Below, one piece after another: positions 38,713-52,400 of a DNA stretch of 64,000 nt. Positions within the stretch are counted from its first letter, which is position 1, and every line of letters starts with the position of its first letter. The notes beneath the pieces were generated by a model. It searched no databases. It was not told where the DNA came from and saw only the letters and a list, made by a program, of their open reading frames with translations. Source of the DNA: Chlorokybus atmophyticus (taxonomy: Eukaryota > Plantae > Mesostigma and Chlorokybus algae); NCBI GenBank assembly GCA_009103225.1, contig RHPI01000890.1:275579-339578 (forward strand), in the 5' to 3' direction. The position numbers were made by a program, and so were the translations under genes.

Positions 38713-41700
38713 ATGGGGCTTGCGGAGAGGAGCGGCATGATGGTGAAGCGGCCCACTCAGCCAACCCCTCGTGTACAGCTGCTGCTGGTGTGTGCCGTGC
38801 TGGCATGGGCGGCGGCATTCGTGCCTGGGGCCGAGGGAGGATCATTGGATGCGGACGGGAAGGCGCTGCTGGCGTTCAAGAACGCCTTAACGGTGGACAC
38901 GCACAAGTCCACGGCGGCATGGCTGCCGGGCACGGACCCGTGCATGTGGCCAGGCGTGGCATGCAGTGGGAGCGGCGATGCTGCGAGGGTGTCAGTGGTG
39001 TCGATGACCAACTGGGGTCTCCAAGGCCGCCTCGTCCCTGAGCTCGGCGTTATGGACGCCCTCCTTGACCTCACCCTCAACATCAACTCCCTGCAGGGAC
39101 CCCTGCCGGACACCTATGGCAACATGACTAGCCTCGTCACGCTGTAAGTTAAAGGCAATGCTTTGCTTGATTGAGAAATGGTGAAGTATTGACACAAGAA
39201 CTGATGTGTATCCTGTTACATTAGCTCCGTTGGCCATAATCCAGTGGGTGGCGGAATTCCTGAGAGCATTCTGCAGCTACCTCAGCTCGCCACATTGTAA
39301 GTGATCTTTGTTCAATGTTTGTAGTCATAATCTGGGCAAGTCGCAGCGCATTGATGTTTGTGGGTTGTAGAGAGATAAGCAATGCTGGACTCTACGGCCC
39401 TATTCCGGACATGACTGGCCTCAAACAGCTGCGCTCCGTGTAAGCGCGTGTGCAATTCTTATCCGCAATGCACATGCAACCACACAAAGCTTACACGAGC
39501 ACTGGTGTTCACACATGCAGCGACCTTTCCGTGAACAATCTTATTGGCCCTGTCCCGGAATTCGATTCTGCACAGGCTATCTCACAGCTGTAAGTATCTC
39601 GTCAAGTTGTGGCACATATCAAGTGGATGGAAGTTATTAACATGGCAACTACGCACTCGTCGTCAGTCAACTTAATAAGCTTTGTGTGCCCCTCAGGTGG
39701 TTGTTCAACAACTCCTTGTCCGGTGGCATCCCGAAGTCGCTCGGCAGCATGACAACATTTACCTCCCTGTGAGTGCAGGTCTTTTCGCTTTTGGTTGCAA
39801 AGCAAAAGGATTTCGCGTGTAAACATACATTTGACCTTTCTCGCATTGCAGTTACCTTAACAGCAATCAGCTCGCTGGTGTCATTCCTGAAGAGCTCTCT
39901 TCCCTTGCCAACATACTGCTGTGAGTGCCCCTGGCAAATGCACTGACCTGTGTGTTTGTTGCATGCAAGCTGCAACTAATTCGTACCCAATGTCACAGCG
40001 ACTTTTCCAACAACCATCTCATTGGAGAGGTTCCTGCTTCGTTTTGGTCGGCACCGCAGCTTGGGTAAGGGCAAGTACTTTGTGACAAACATGCAACAGA
40101 AATTCGCGCGAGTGTGTCGCGCGGAGCTTTCTCAGTTTGCTTGCCAGAAGTGTGTCGTGACGACCCTTTCATGAAATCCAATTCGTTGCAGGTTGAGTGG
40201 CAACCTTGGGCTGTGTGGGCCCGTTTTAGGCTCCGCGTCTGCTAACATATCAAACACAAACATTGGCCAGAACTGTAAGCAGCCACCTTTCCTCACTGCT
40301 TGTGCTTCTCATCACCTCATGACTCATCTTCCTGACCATCACACTGCGTTGAATGTCTGGGCAGGCACATGTGATGTTGATGGCTACGCATACTCTGGTC
40401 TGCCGGGCCGCTGCTTTCGGGAGGTGCGCTTGGCGTCGCAGGCGCAGGCAGCTGCGGGTTGTCTAGCGTTGGGCGGGCAATTGGCCGAACCACACAACAG
40501 CTTGCAAGCCACCATTGCGTGGAATGTGTGCCGGAGCATCAATGCGACTTCTTGCTGGATTGGCCTGAAGCAAAGTGCCAGTCAGTATGTGTGGTTATCA
40601 GACGGCTCGGCTGCAACATACACGCCGTGGGTGCCAGGCCAACCCAGCATTACAGACGATGGTTGTGTGGTTGTCACTGGCAATAATCAGCCTCAGTTTG
40701 ACGACCGGCTTTGTGACACGGGGTCCGAGGTGGCAACGTACTTGTGCCAGCTGCCGGCAACCGTATCTTCTTCGGGCTCCATCTGTCCTGCTGGCTCCAG
40801 TGCAGCAGGCGACGGCCAATGCTACACTGCGCAACCATTTACTAACAGCGGTGTCACGGATGCGCGCAATGCTTGCGCAAGCTTGGGCGGTGACCTTGCA
40901 ACCATTGCTGGCAGCACTGCGCTTGCTGGAGCCCTGCAGGCTTGCCAAGGACAGCACTTCTGCGCCATAGGGCTCAATGACCAGGTATGTGTACATGCGT
41001 ACATAGTTTTGCTCATGTGGAACAGTTGATGCACGTCTCGCAACCGAACATCTTCTTCGCTTTCAGGTCACAGAGGGTAGCTACGTGTGGTTTGCGGACC
41101 CATCGCGCTACTCCAACTTCACGAACTGGGCTCCGGGCGAGCCTTGGCCCGGTACAACCGCCGCTTTAGCCAGTGATTGCGTGCAGATGTGGAGCTCAAC
41201 TTCACTCGGGTTCTGGAATGGCACTGCTCTCATCGTAAGACCACACTTGTAATAGCTGTCACACAAGTAGATACTTTGACCTTGTTACACGATCACCATG
41301 TACTCATCATTCCTTGTCATGCGCAGGTGACAACGCCTCGGGGGTCGTTTGTGGATGTCCCGTGTAACAACTTCGTGGGTTCCGCTCTATGCCAGATTGA
41401 TCTGAGCCCAAACAATGACTACGCTGCCTACATGGGCTGCTTCCAAAGCACTGCCTCAGACGATGTGTTGCCGATACGGTTGAGTGCGTCAAACATCACA
41501 CCCGACTCGTGCATCTCCACCTGCCACGAGTACTCGTACTCATTCGCGGGTGTTGTTGATGGGAACCAATGCCGCTGTGGAAATGTAATCTCCAGTCAAG
41601 CCCAAGTGCTCACAGGTACCAATGCAAGATTTCATTCATGTGAGACCACATGTGTATCGTCCTGCAGCTTACCTGATGCATTCTTCTTGACAGACGACTC

Positions 41701-43602
41701 CTGCACATTGCCTTGCGAAGCGGACGGGAGTGTGCTGTGTGGTGGCGCAAACGGCGCCATCACCATCTTCAACGTCTCCGCAGCAAGTAACTTTCTGCTG
41801 CATTCTTCCTCATGTGTGCAGGGTGTTGCTGTCTTATGGCACCTGACACTTGTCATGTGTGCAGAGCTGACAGCAACAACTCCCTTGGCGCTATCACCTG
41901 CTCCCCCCAAAAAGAGCAGCCACAAGACCAGGAACATTCTTATAGGAGTGGGTGTAGCGCTCTTTGTGCTTGGTAAGGAGTGCCAGTACTGTTCTCACTA
42001 TCAGGCATCAACATATGCATGTGCTCGGCAAGTTGGCTAACAGCCTCTGTACTCTGATCTTCCAGTACACATTCCCTTGTGCTGGGGCTTTTACATCCTT
42101 CTCAAGCGACGTCGCGAGAGTAAGCGTGCTCAGCGCCTCAAATTGCAGGGCGGAATGAAGTTCAAAGGCTCACGTAAGCAGCTGCTCGTACACGCTTCAA
42201 TGCCGCTCTGTGTGGTCCAGCAGTGAGTGTCTAACAACAACCAACATTGCATGCGCAGTGCAACCGCTTGTGCCTGGTGAGTGGCGCCTCTTCTCGTACT
42301 CCGAGCTCTCATACGCGACAGCCAACTTCTCGGCAGAAAGGCTTGTTGGGTGGGGCGGCTTCGGGGGTGTTTACGCTGCGGAATTCTACGATGGTACGAA
42401 CCCTTACCCCCAAACTCTAACGCTAACATGAATAAAGAATAGCAATAACATTAAGAATAAGACTAAAATCAGAATTCCCCACTGCAACATCATGTACACG
42501 TGTGCCAGGTACACGTGCGGCGGTGAAGAGGTTGGAACTGATGGGAGGTCAGGGCCAGGGCGAGTTTGAAGCGGAGCTGTCGGCACTGAGCGCCGTGCGA
42601 CACCCGAACCTTGTCTCTCTTTACGGGTGCTGCACGGAGCAGCGCAACGTGCTTCTTGTGCTTGAGATCTTGCCCGGTGGAGACCTTGCAGCGCGCCTGC
42701 ACGACAGAGCCGAGATGCCCGCTCTGCGCTTCGACTGGCTTCAGCGCCTGCGTGTGGCTGTTGGGTCCGCCAAGGGACTGGCGTACCTCCACAACGTCGC
42801 CAACATCGTTCATCGCGACATCAAGCCATCCAACATCCTTCTCGACCTTGAGGGCTTGCCCAAGATCGCAGATTTTGGTATGTGCACTGTTCGCGTGTGG
42901 TGGTTACTGCCAGCAGCTCAGCCTGTCGTGTCCACCAGTGTGTGCTCATACGCATTTTTGTCCAATGTAGGTTTGGCCAAGCTGCTTGGTGAAGACAGAC
43001 AAGTGACTGCCTTCACCACGCGCGTGGCGGGCTCGTTTGGGTATTCCGCCCCGGTAAGTGGTCCACAATGTATCATTTATCAGGAAGCATAGCGCATATC
43101 GCGTACTGAGTGCTGGTTTGTAAAACAGGAGTACCACGAGACTGGAAAGCTTGACAGAAGCAGCGACGTCTACAGTTTTGGTGTGACTCTGCTGGAACTG
43201 ATGACAGGGCGCACACCTGTGGACATGGCGCGCGAGTCGGGAGAGCAGTGGCTTGTGCTTTGGGTGAAAGCGCAGGCCGAGAAAGGCGAGCTCGCTTGCG
43301 TGTTGGACCCGAGGATGGACATTCCCGAGGAAGACAAGCCCGCCGCGTCCGAGGCGCTTAGAATTGGTCTCGCATGCATTGCGAGAGAGAAGCGCGAGCG
43401 CCCGCGCATGGTGGAAGTTGTGCGCCAGCTTGTAGAGTTGCTGCCTGCGGCTGACCCGTATGCGCAACCCGAGGAGTATGAGTCATATAAGGGTTCAGCT
43501 TCGCCGTCGTTGTCGAGTGTTTGTTCACACCCATCTCCAGACAACTCCGGAGGATTCACCGTCCCTACTGATCGCCTCAGTATGGGTGCTGCTGCTGTTT
43601 AA
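38713..43602 (+). CDS. Receptor-like kinase (RLK/Pelle): signal peptide - LRRNT - ~8 LRR - 2x C-type lectin - WSC - TM - RD Ser/Thr kinase
   Basis: DGKALLAFK..W..GTDPCMWPGVAC cap; plant-type LRRs (NxLxGxIP); CTLD1 (CLALGGQLA..CWIGL..WVPGQP..C..FDDRLC); CTLD2 (CASLGGDLA..IGLND..NWAPGEP..DVPC); WSC (YMGCF..CISTC..FAGVVDGNQCRCGN..C..PC..CGG); TM followed by KRRR; kinase FSYSEL..ATANF, GWGGFGGVY, AVK, HRDIKPSNILLD, DFG, GSFGYSAPEY, SDVYSFG. Start could also be ATG 38737. Confidence 0.95.
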
Positions 43603-44389
43603 CCTTGACTTTGTATAGAGTAGTACTGGTTCTTCATATGTGTTGTAAGTATGGCAGTTGCAAAGCATGCGAGTTGCTGGCTAGTTATTTATGTGATGTC
43701 ATCAAGTAGGACTTGATACTGCAGCGGTAGTGTACAAAGTCTGTGCTAGAATAGTAGTCCTACATAGCTTGGAACAGGTTTATTCAATCCTCTCGTCTTC
43801 TTCCTCATCTTCTTCGTCTTCTTATCCTTTCCTATCAAGCGTGTCATGAAACCCGTCTGTTGTCCTACATATGTTTCAATGTTGCATGTGGCATGCATTG
43901 TCCAACACTGCGATGTTGACTAGTGCGCCACGGTCACGCCGATACAGGCCGTGCGCGCAGACTCGTTCGCACGCATGTACATTACATCACCGTGCTGCAT
44001 CAAATATCCATGCTATGTGTACATCAAATGTGCATTGCAAATGACCACGTATTGAAGATGTATCGAACATGCAGCGAACCTGCAATATGCATAGGATCGC
44101 ACAGCAGCTATCACCATAACCACTTTCAGTCAACCGTTTGGCTACACAACTCTGCCACTATTCTACTGTACTTCTACCACCCCGTTAGTCATGCAAGTTT
44201 GTACATGCTGTTCTAAATACCTGCCCACACGGGGTGCTGCACCTATAGAATGCAGGTAACGGATGCATGTACCGATACATACATTGATGATTGAAGGTAC
44301 AAATTTGTTCACAATGAGAGAAATCACTGCCATTTGCGCATGCACATGGGTATGTTAACTCTTGCGTATGTTATGGGTGCGGTCACAGC

Positions 44390-44681
44390 GCGCCACAACT
44401 TCGTCGCCGAGACGCACGGCACCCTGGGCCAGAGTTTTCACGACGTCATCGACACATGCGCTAGGAGGGCACTGGCTGCACGTGACCTGCCATTGAGCAG
44501 GCTATCGGGCTACTTGGCTCTGTACCGGCAGCGCGTGTCTTGCGCGCTGCAGCGTGCCCAGGGCATCACCATCCTGGAGCGGGGGGCGGCGGTCGTAGCG
44601 GCAGTACCAGGCTGGGGTCCGGTCCAGACGGCGGCGCCAACGGCGGAAGCGGACGCTGTGCTGGCGGCTGCGGCAGTGTAG
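44390..44681 (+). mobile_element. 3' fragment of a non-LTR retrotransposon, restriction-like endonuclease C-terminus (CRE/R2-type grade)
   Basis: FVAETHGTLG...YRQRVSCALQRAQGITIL resembles the P.a.Et.G...qrlS.alqr.na..il signature of RLE elements. GC-rich island with no upstream RT. Confidence 0.55.
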
Positions 44682-45483
44682 TTGAGTAGGCGTGCTTGCA
44701 TGCCGCTGGCATGCGTGTGAGTATGCTTGTGCAGTGATAGGCAGGGCTGACAGTACGTAGTTTGGTGTGACGATGTTGCATATCAGTCGGTAATAAAAAC
44801 TTCATCTCACACCTCTTGTGCCCCACATGTTATGCAACACACCTCTTGCACGCATATAATGATGGTCTTCCTTAGCCCAGATGACAGCCACAGACGACAG
44901 CACAGACAACACGCACACACGCATTCGCACACTTGTACATGCATGCACACAGAGGCACAGACATGCAAGCACATATGCATGTGCGCGCACGCATGTGCTT
45001 GAACGTCCATACATACATAGCAAGTTGCATCCCTCAGCATTGCCCTATATACTGTATGACGATGTTGCTGTACTAGTACATTCCCCCACTGTCACGAGGG
45101 AAAGTGGCGAGAAGTCACTTGGGTCCACATGGGAGACGTTGCTTACATGAAACACCGGCCAAGCATTGCAATATAGTAGTGAGAGAGACACTTTTCATCA
45201 TTCTGCCCTGAAGCATTGCGCACTGTTTAACTTGTACTACAATGTGCATTGCCTTATGCATATGCACAAGTGCATCATTGGGCATCGGTACGCTATGTAT
45301 GTGAGGCCATAGGGGTGTGACAAGCTGTTAGCACTATTCAATATAATGGTAACCACTTGCAAGCTGTCTTATTACTAGTAATCGTGATGGCTCACCAGTG
45401 GTATTTGCTACAATATGTTGCTACGGTTGTTGCGGGGTGTTGCGGGACCCCCCTCTCCCCCCGGGGAATGGAGGGGGGGGGGN

Positions 45484-45522
<39 letters not shown>

Positions 45523-46619
45523 TCTAACGTAGTTGCCCTAGGCAATGAAAAATTTGCATTGCATCAGTACCTACATGTGAATGGTAACATGCAATTGACG
45601 GTGATTGCAATACGTGCATATGATGGCGCCCACGAAAAGGCTGCAACTTGCAACACTTGCTGTTATGTTTTGTATGAAATATAAGTTGTAACACATATAA
45701 TGAATATGGTAATTTATGTCATACTACATGCTTATGTCGAAGCTTGTGTTGACAACGGTTAACATCACATTGTTTTACAATATCATATGGCATACTTGAT
45801 AGGTACCAATAATGGTATTATACCCTTGCTTGCATAACATATGCAACCATTAGTATACTTGCATGACATATGTAATCATAAGTATGCAGTGTGCGTAACA
45901 TCAAATGTTGACGTTCATGGCGAATGGAGTGTGATAGCTGTGCTCAGCAATGTTGTTATTAAAGTCAATCATATAATTCACAATGATTGATATACAAACG
46001 ATAGCATATAATGGATAATTGACGATTGGACTAGCGTAAGTTGTTACTAATCGACATTGTAGCATTTATAATTCCCTACAATTGGCAATTAAGATTTCTG
46101 TTTTGATGCGTACACTTGTGCTAACATTGATGTAGTAATGCTATATAAATTACAATATCATTTAATGTAACCTTAATGTAATACATGACATTATCATTTA
46201 TCGTTCGCAATGTGTATCCACATTGCCAAATATAAAGAAGGTAGAAGTGTATACTATATGTCGGTAACCATGTAACATCATTTAATCATATATATATTAT
46301 ATTGCACATGCTTGAAAGTCACATCAACATGCAATAATGTTATTGTATTTAGGTAGACAATGTCGCCAAAGTCAGATGGTTGTGCAAACGCATATCAACG
46401 ATTATTCCTTACGGGCATGGCCCACCATGGTCGCCGCGGCGGCGGCGAGCGACATCGCCGTCAGGCGCCACTCCAGGCAGAGCCCTCCTTGCTTGAGTCA
46501 AGCACGGCTGTTAAGCCGGGTAGCTTGCTTGGCCCAGGAGGCTCCTGGTGTGCCATATGATGGAGTCGAATTGACACTAGGGTATTAGGTCACCGCCAGG
46601 CCAGCGCAAGGCGGGGGTT

Positions 46620-48817
46620 ATGGCGACCTCCTCCAACGACGTCTTCAAGCAGGTGAAGGCAGACGCTAAGGAGCGGTTGAAGAAGAGCGGCACTGCTTGG
46701 AGCCATGGCTTCCTTAATCAGGCAAGTCGCTTCCCGAGGCGGTGTTCCTGCCTCACGTGTGGCATGACAGCTGCACAGTCAATAAGTACTGAAACTCAGG
46801 GTCAAGTTTCTATTGTCAAGGAGCATGGATTGCATGCAGCCACATCGTTTTATGCGGAATGTGTACTTGACGGCTTTGCACTACTGGGAAGTGATTGTGG
46901 GTTATGAGAAGACTAGCTGGCATGGACAGTTGGCGTGTTTGGTGTTGTGCTTTTGTCGTATCTTTTGCATACCCTGCATGCAAACATGGTACGTGGAGCA
47001 GATTATTTGATTTTAACTCGCCATATCCTTCTTGTGCAAAGCATGCTGTTTGAGGGGTGCGCAACGTATAACTATGTGCACGGCAGTCGATGGCAAGTTT
47101 CATAGTGGCATGCACACTTTTCATTCCTGTTGTTGTCTCCCTGCAGAAAAGCTGGCATCCCGCTAATTTCCGCAACCAGAAGATGCTGTGGATTGCAGAG
47201 ACCGAGGAGGAGGAGCAGAAAAAGAAATCTGACGCAGTGTCGCGGGAGTTTGCGCAGGTCAGTAAGCTCTTACTGAAAGCTTGGCGTTTACTGTTCCCGC
47301 CGCGCTCAGCAAGCAGCACTGAATGCCTGATGTTGTTTGCTTGTGCAGGAGCAAGAGTTCCATCGCAACACGCTGCTGCTCAGTGAGAAGGACCGCGCGC
47401 GCGTGCTTGAGCAGCAAGCTGTAGCGTTCATGTACCAGCGACCGCCCGGGTACGATCCCCATGCCGAAGCCAAACCCCCACCTCCTCCACCCAAAAAGTC
47501 GATGGTATGCGCACGTTGAGTTCCTACACACGCCTGGCTGGTTGAGTTTGCTGTGGATTGTCGTTGCGGCGTGTGTCTCACACCTTCAAAGCCGCACAAA
47601 TATGTTGTCGTGTGTGTCACGCAGGATGAGATGCGCAATGCTGGTCTGGGCGATCCTTTCGCAGCTGGGCTTGTGCTCAAAGGCAGCACCGCTGCTCAAC
47701 AACACAAGCGCCAGAGAGATATGTATGGGCACGCGGTCCCCACAGAGCAGGAGTTTCCTGACCTTGCAAATGCTCCTAAGTGAGTTTGGAACCATGCTCA
47801 TACGGTGTTGGTCTCTTTGCTCAACCGGTGCCATGCGTTGGCAAGCACACTTCTCATTGTGGCTTCATCTTGTGTTTCACACATACAGGGCAGAGAGTGC
47901 GAAGGCAGTGTCTGCTGGGCCCGTGCACGTGAAGCCATTTGCTTTGGAGGTGCGCAACGTGCGCTGCCTGCGCTGTGGCGCGTTTGGGCACTCGTCGGGT
48001 GATCGCGAGTGCCCCATGAGGGACATCAACCCGCTGGATGCGGCCCGCCAACGGTTGGAGGACCCTTTGACGCTAATGAACCGTCAGCAGGATGCAGAGC
48101 AGGTAGCATTGCTGGCCTCAGCCTTGATTATGCAATCGAGGCGCATGTTGCTTGTGATTGCATTGGCTCGGGTTTGCTTGCTTGTTAGTTTATCTGACGT
48201 TTTTTGAATTTCAACAGTTTGTTTCCTGGTTCCTCGAGACATTGACTACATGAATTTTGAGGCACATTGCCATTGTTAAACATGGTTGGTCTTTGTAGAT
48301 TCAACGGTGGGAATTGAAGCATGCCGAGGGCAGGAGCCCAATACGAGGAGGGGCAACAGCAGATGATGAGAATCAACAGTTTGTGGTGCCCGAAGCAGAT
48401 GAAGAGCTTGGGCCAGGTATAATGAACTCACTTGCAACTTTTATTCTTTTGCATGGTAGGGATGGTCATACAGAGACGTGATCGCGCCCACACCAACACA
48501 ACTCATGCGTCTGTCGTGCAGGTTTCACAGAGGACTTGGTTATCAATGACTATGGACACTTCGCCCTGTCCAACAAGGCACAGAAGCGCCTTCTGAAGGC
48601 TTTGAAAAGCGACAAAGACCGCAAACAGTCAAAGAAGAAACATAGGCGAAAGAAGCGTGATGTCAGCAGCAGCAGCAGCAGCAGTGAGTCTGAAGAGGAT
48701 AAACGCAGCAATTCGAAGCACAAGCGTAGGAAGCAACAGCATGGGGACACAGATAACAATGCGGATAGAGCCGAGAAGCACCGGAAGACTAGCAAGCACA
48801 AGTCTGGAAGGCATTAG
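46620..48817 (+). CDS. CIR1-like (Cir_N domain) zinc-knuckle splicing/corepressor protein
   Basis: KSGTAWSHGFLNQ|KSWHPANFRNQKMLWIAE (Cir_N); FMYQRPPG; VKPFALEVRNVRCLRCGAFGHSSGDRECP (CCHC knuckle); EDPL; Lys/Ser-rich tail. Confidence 0.88.
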
Positions 48818-49495
48818 AGCACAATGTGAAAGGACAGTGCGAGATGCCGCAACCTTCTGATGTCGTAGAGCACCGGTGCAGACGCTGATTGGGTTCCTGA
48901 TGGGATAGGAAGCAGCAGGATGGGCTAGGACACCTACCACCACCATGCATAAGGCACGCACACGAAGACTGTGGTCGGCCTGATATGTGAAACTTTCTGA
49001 CACTGTTAGTCAAGGCAACATGCACAGAGTTGTAACAAGGCATGTGTTTATTGTTATGTGCGCCAAGCACAAGGCACACAACATACGGTGGTTGCATGAT
49101 GATGACAGGCCTTGTGCGTTGCCCACCTTATGATGATCGTGCAGGCTTATGCGATAGCAACAACTCTTTGACAGTGTGCAGCGTGTGTATGTTCATATAC
49201 TTATGTGATAGCACTGCTGTCACAGCAGCCAGCCGACGCCACTAAACATGCGTGCAAACAGTCGAGCATGCATGCAACACCTCAAGCAATCACTTCCTAT
49301 CAAATGGTGCCAACTGCTCGATCCCACAGTGTCAAAGAGCATTGCCAAGTACAAGTTCATGGGTGCCTACTGGTACTCACATGCATGGGTGCCAATAGCG
49401 TCGCAACAGGCACAGCAATGCGTGACATGCTGTGACTGTAGTGCTGCCAGTGAAGTGGTGGTGCAGTGCTCAAAAGATGGTACAAGCTGTGCCAC

Positions 49496-52400
49496 CTAGT
49501 CAATCCATATGATGTTGTTCATCAGCGCCCATTCCCCGGTAGTGCGTGCATTTCTGTCAACCAGCCAGTTGCCATTCTCTACGAACTTGTACTGGTGCTC
49601 ACCCTGCATGCGTGCATGTAAACATGGATTAGTCCACTTTATTGCCAGTGCGCTGACACAGCGGAATTGCTTGCGAGCATGTGCATGAGTTTACCGGAGT
49701 GAGATGCATTGACAGCGTCCATCGGTTGCCCTCATTGTGCATCGGAGTGGGATTCCAGTTGTTGAAAGACCCGGCCAACTGTACGCTGCCGGCGCCCTCA
49801 GCATGCCACACAAACTCTACAACACGCCCTGTGCAACACAATACTTGTGAGCACATGTGCTGTCTCAACCTGATAATGACAGCGACACGCGACCAACACC
49901 AACTGCACGCGGCCACATACCAGCCGGCTGTGGTTCTGGCTCCGGCTCGGGCTCGGGCTCAGGAAGTGGTTCAATTGCGGGCTGAGAGACCGTCTCTTCC
50001 TCCAACAGATCAGCAGTGCTCGTAACTGTATCAGACTCAGGCAACTCGGCGATGGACGCCACAAGCGGCCTTTCTGGAAACTCTGGTAGCGGTTCATCCT
50101 CACCAGGAACGCTCATCTGTGGACATACATGCAGAAGGCCATGAGTGTAGGCACTTCAGAGAGCTGGTAACCATGCTGAGCCACATACTTGGTCCAGTGC
50201 AGTTACTATGCTCTTCACAAAGTCATCGTCGCCATCCAGCATGCCCATCAACTCCATGACCTCCAGTTTCTGCAGCATGTCCGCCATCTTCTCCTTCTGC
50301 ACTGCCGCGTCTTCATGGCTGGGGGCAAGTTCGGGCTCGCTGTTCTCCTCTGGCCTGTGCAGGTTGGCGCGCAGCTCCTTGACGCTCTCGAGGGCCTCCT
50401 TCGCCACATACAACTTTTCTGATAGCAGATCCGCAGCTTCAAGTGCCACCGGCTCTTCCGCCTTGGCTTTCAGCTGCTCCAAAAGCGGCATAGCCTGTCA
50501 ATGCAGCAGCCATGAGTCACAACGACAACTCGTGTTGTGTGGGCTTTGCGGCCGACATTGCATTAGTGTACATTCATGTCTGATCCATGACACCAGTTTA
50601 TGCGGCCACAATGTTGAGCACCACCTCCGAGTCAGCAATGTCCTGCAGGCTATTGCTGGCAGCGAGCTGAGCCGCAGTCGTCTTGACATCGTCGTCGTCA
50701 TCATCATCATCCCTAACATCTTCTTCTCCATCCGGCGCAGAAACTTTGGTGAGCTGCTCACTCTCCGCCGGCTCCACCGGGGTCACTTTGATTCCCAGCT
50801 GCTTCACAAGCGACATAGCCTTTTCCAACAACTGCATGCATAAAGCTTTGGTAAGCTTTGGTAAGCTTTGGTAAAGTCACGAGCAAGACCGCCGTTAACA
50901 CATCTGCAATAACTTGCACACACCTCTCGCTCGGTGTCCACCATGTCCAGGAGATCTTCCACCGCATCAGCCACAGCCTTGCGATTTGCGGGCGACTCCT
51001 CCGGAAACTCGTCATCAATGTCCTCGTCCAAATCAGACGGCTGCAGTGCCTCATCTTTGGCTTTGACCTCCGCTACAACACCTAACAGGCAAAGTTGCAG
51101 CGAGCATTGTTGGTGTGGCAGGCAGGTTAGGCTGTAAACAGGGAGGAAGTCACTAACATCTCCTTTACAACCAAACTTGCTTTGACCACATCAGGGCCCA
51201 ATTTTGTACCTGCAGTTGCGTCCTCATACCCGTCTTCCCCAGGTCGGATGATGGGCCGCGGTCCACCAATGTCTTTGACAATCTTCATTGCCTCGGCCAA
51301 GAGATCTTCCTCACCCTTGACGTGATCTGTTTCGTCCGCTGAGGACGGGTCCCACTCTATCTCCTTCGGTGTTTCAACTCGTGCACGCTGCTCATCATCG
51401 TACTGTTGCTGCACTATCTTGTTGTTGGCAATCAAGGCCATCGCTTCAGCAAGCAGCTCCTCCTCAGTCTTGACACTTGTGCCGCTTTGCTGCGTTTGCT
51501 GCTTGGTTTCAAGTTGCTGCACAAGTTTGAGTCCGTTTGCAAGCTGCAATTCGTCCTTCCAACTCGCGTCGTACACGTCATCGCCTTCCTCCTCCTCACC
51601 TCCTACCACCCACTCTGCTGGGTGTGAGTTCTCGCTGCCCACAGCATTGTACTCAACCTGCAGCACGCTCACAATCAGCCAAAATGCCTGCACACGAGAG
51701 CATGCAGTTTTTTTCGCACTGAATGCAGCTACCAGTGTCCAAGAGCATCTCATCTTTAGCAAACCTGTGGTAAGGAGGATGCAACGGACGCCTTGGCATG
51801 GTGTTTTCTGTCTTTGTCCGCCTTGCTGGCTGCCGTCTGGGCAACAAATGCCTCATGTCGCGCACGAGCGCGCGCGACAAGTTCCGCCTCCCTGGCTTCA
51901 TCCAGCTTGCTCTTGACAGCGCTCGCGCCGGCCGCGGCCAGAGCCACACCCACGCCAACAAGAGCAACCACGCCAGCAGACGAATCATTTTGACTCTGCA
52001 CACGCGGTTTGTCACAACTCGACACCATTAGACACAATGCGCATGCCTGGAGCGGACTGACTGACCTTGTTGCCAGCTGGCTTGGTTACTGATGGGCGAG
52101 TTACGCTCGGTGCTGTGACGCTACCTGTAAAACCAGAGTGCAAACTTCTTGAACAATGCAGTTGTGCTGAACATTTAAAACACTTTCCAGCTGTCATGTA
52201 TTATGACTCATGATGCGACATTATGCATGCGGTGAGCTGATGGCTGAATACATAAGTTGCCGTGCACGTACTGGTTGCAGACAGAAAGGGAGGCGCAGTG
52301 CGATTTGCTGGCGTGTTTGTTGCTTGTACTACAAGCGGAGTATCGCAATCCGGCACCTCCACCTTGCAAACTGCGGGCTCTGCCTGCATGACAGACATTT

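Noticed and set aside
45474-45520. Poly-G runs as G-quadruplex regulatory elements (also 15853-15872, 16802-16820)
   Set aside because: Each lies at or near an N, so its length is unreliable and may be a sequencing artefact.
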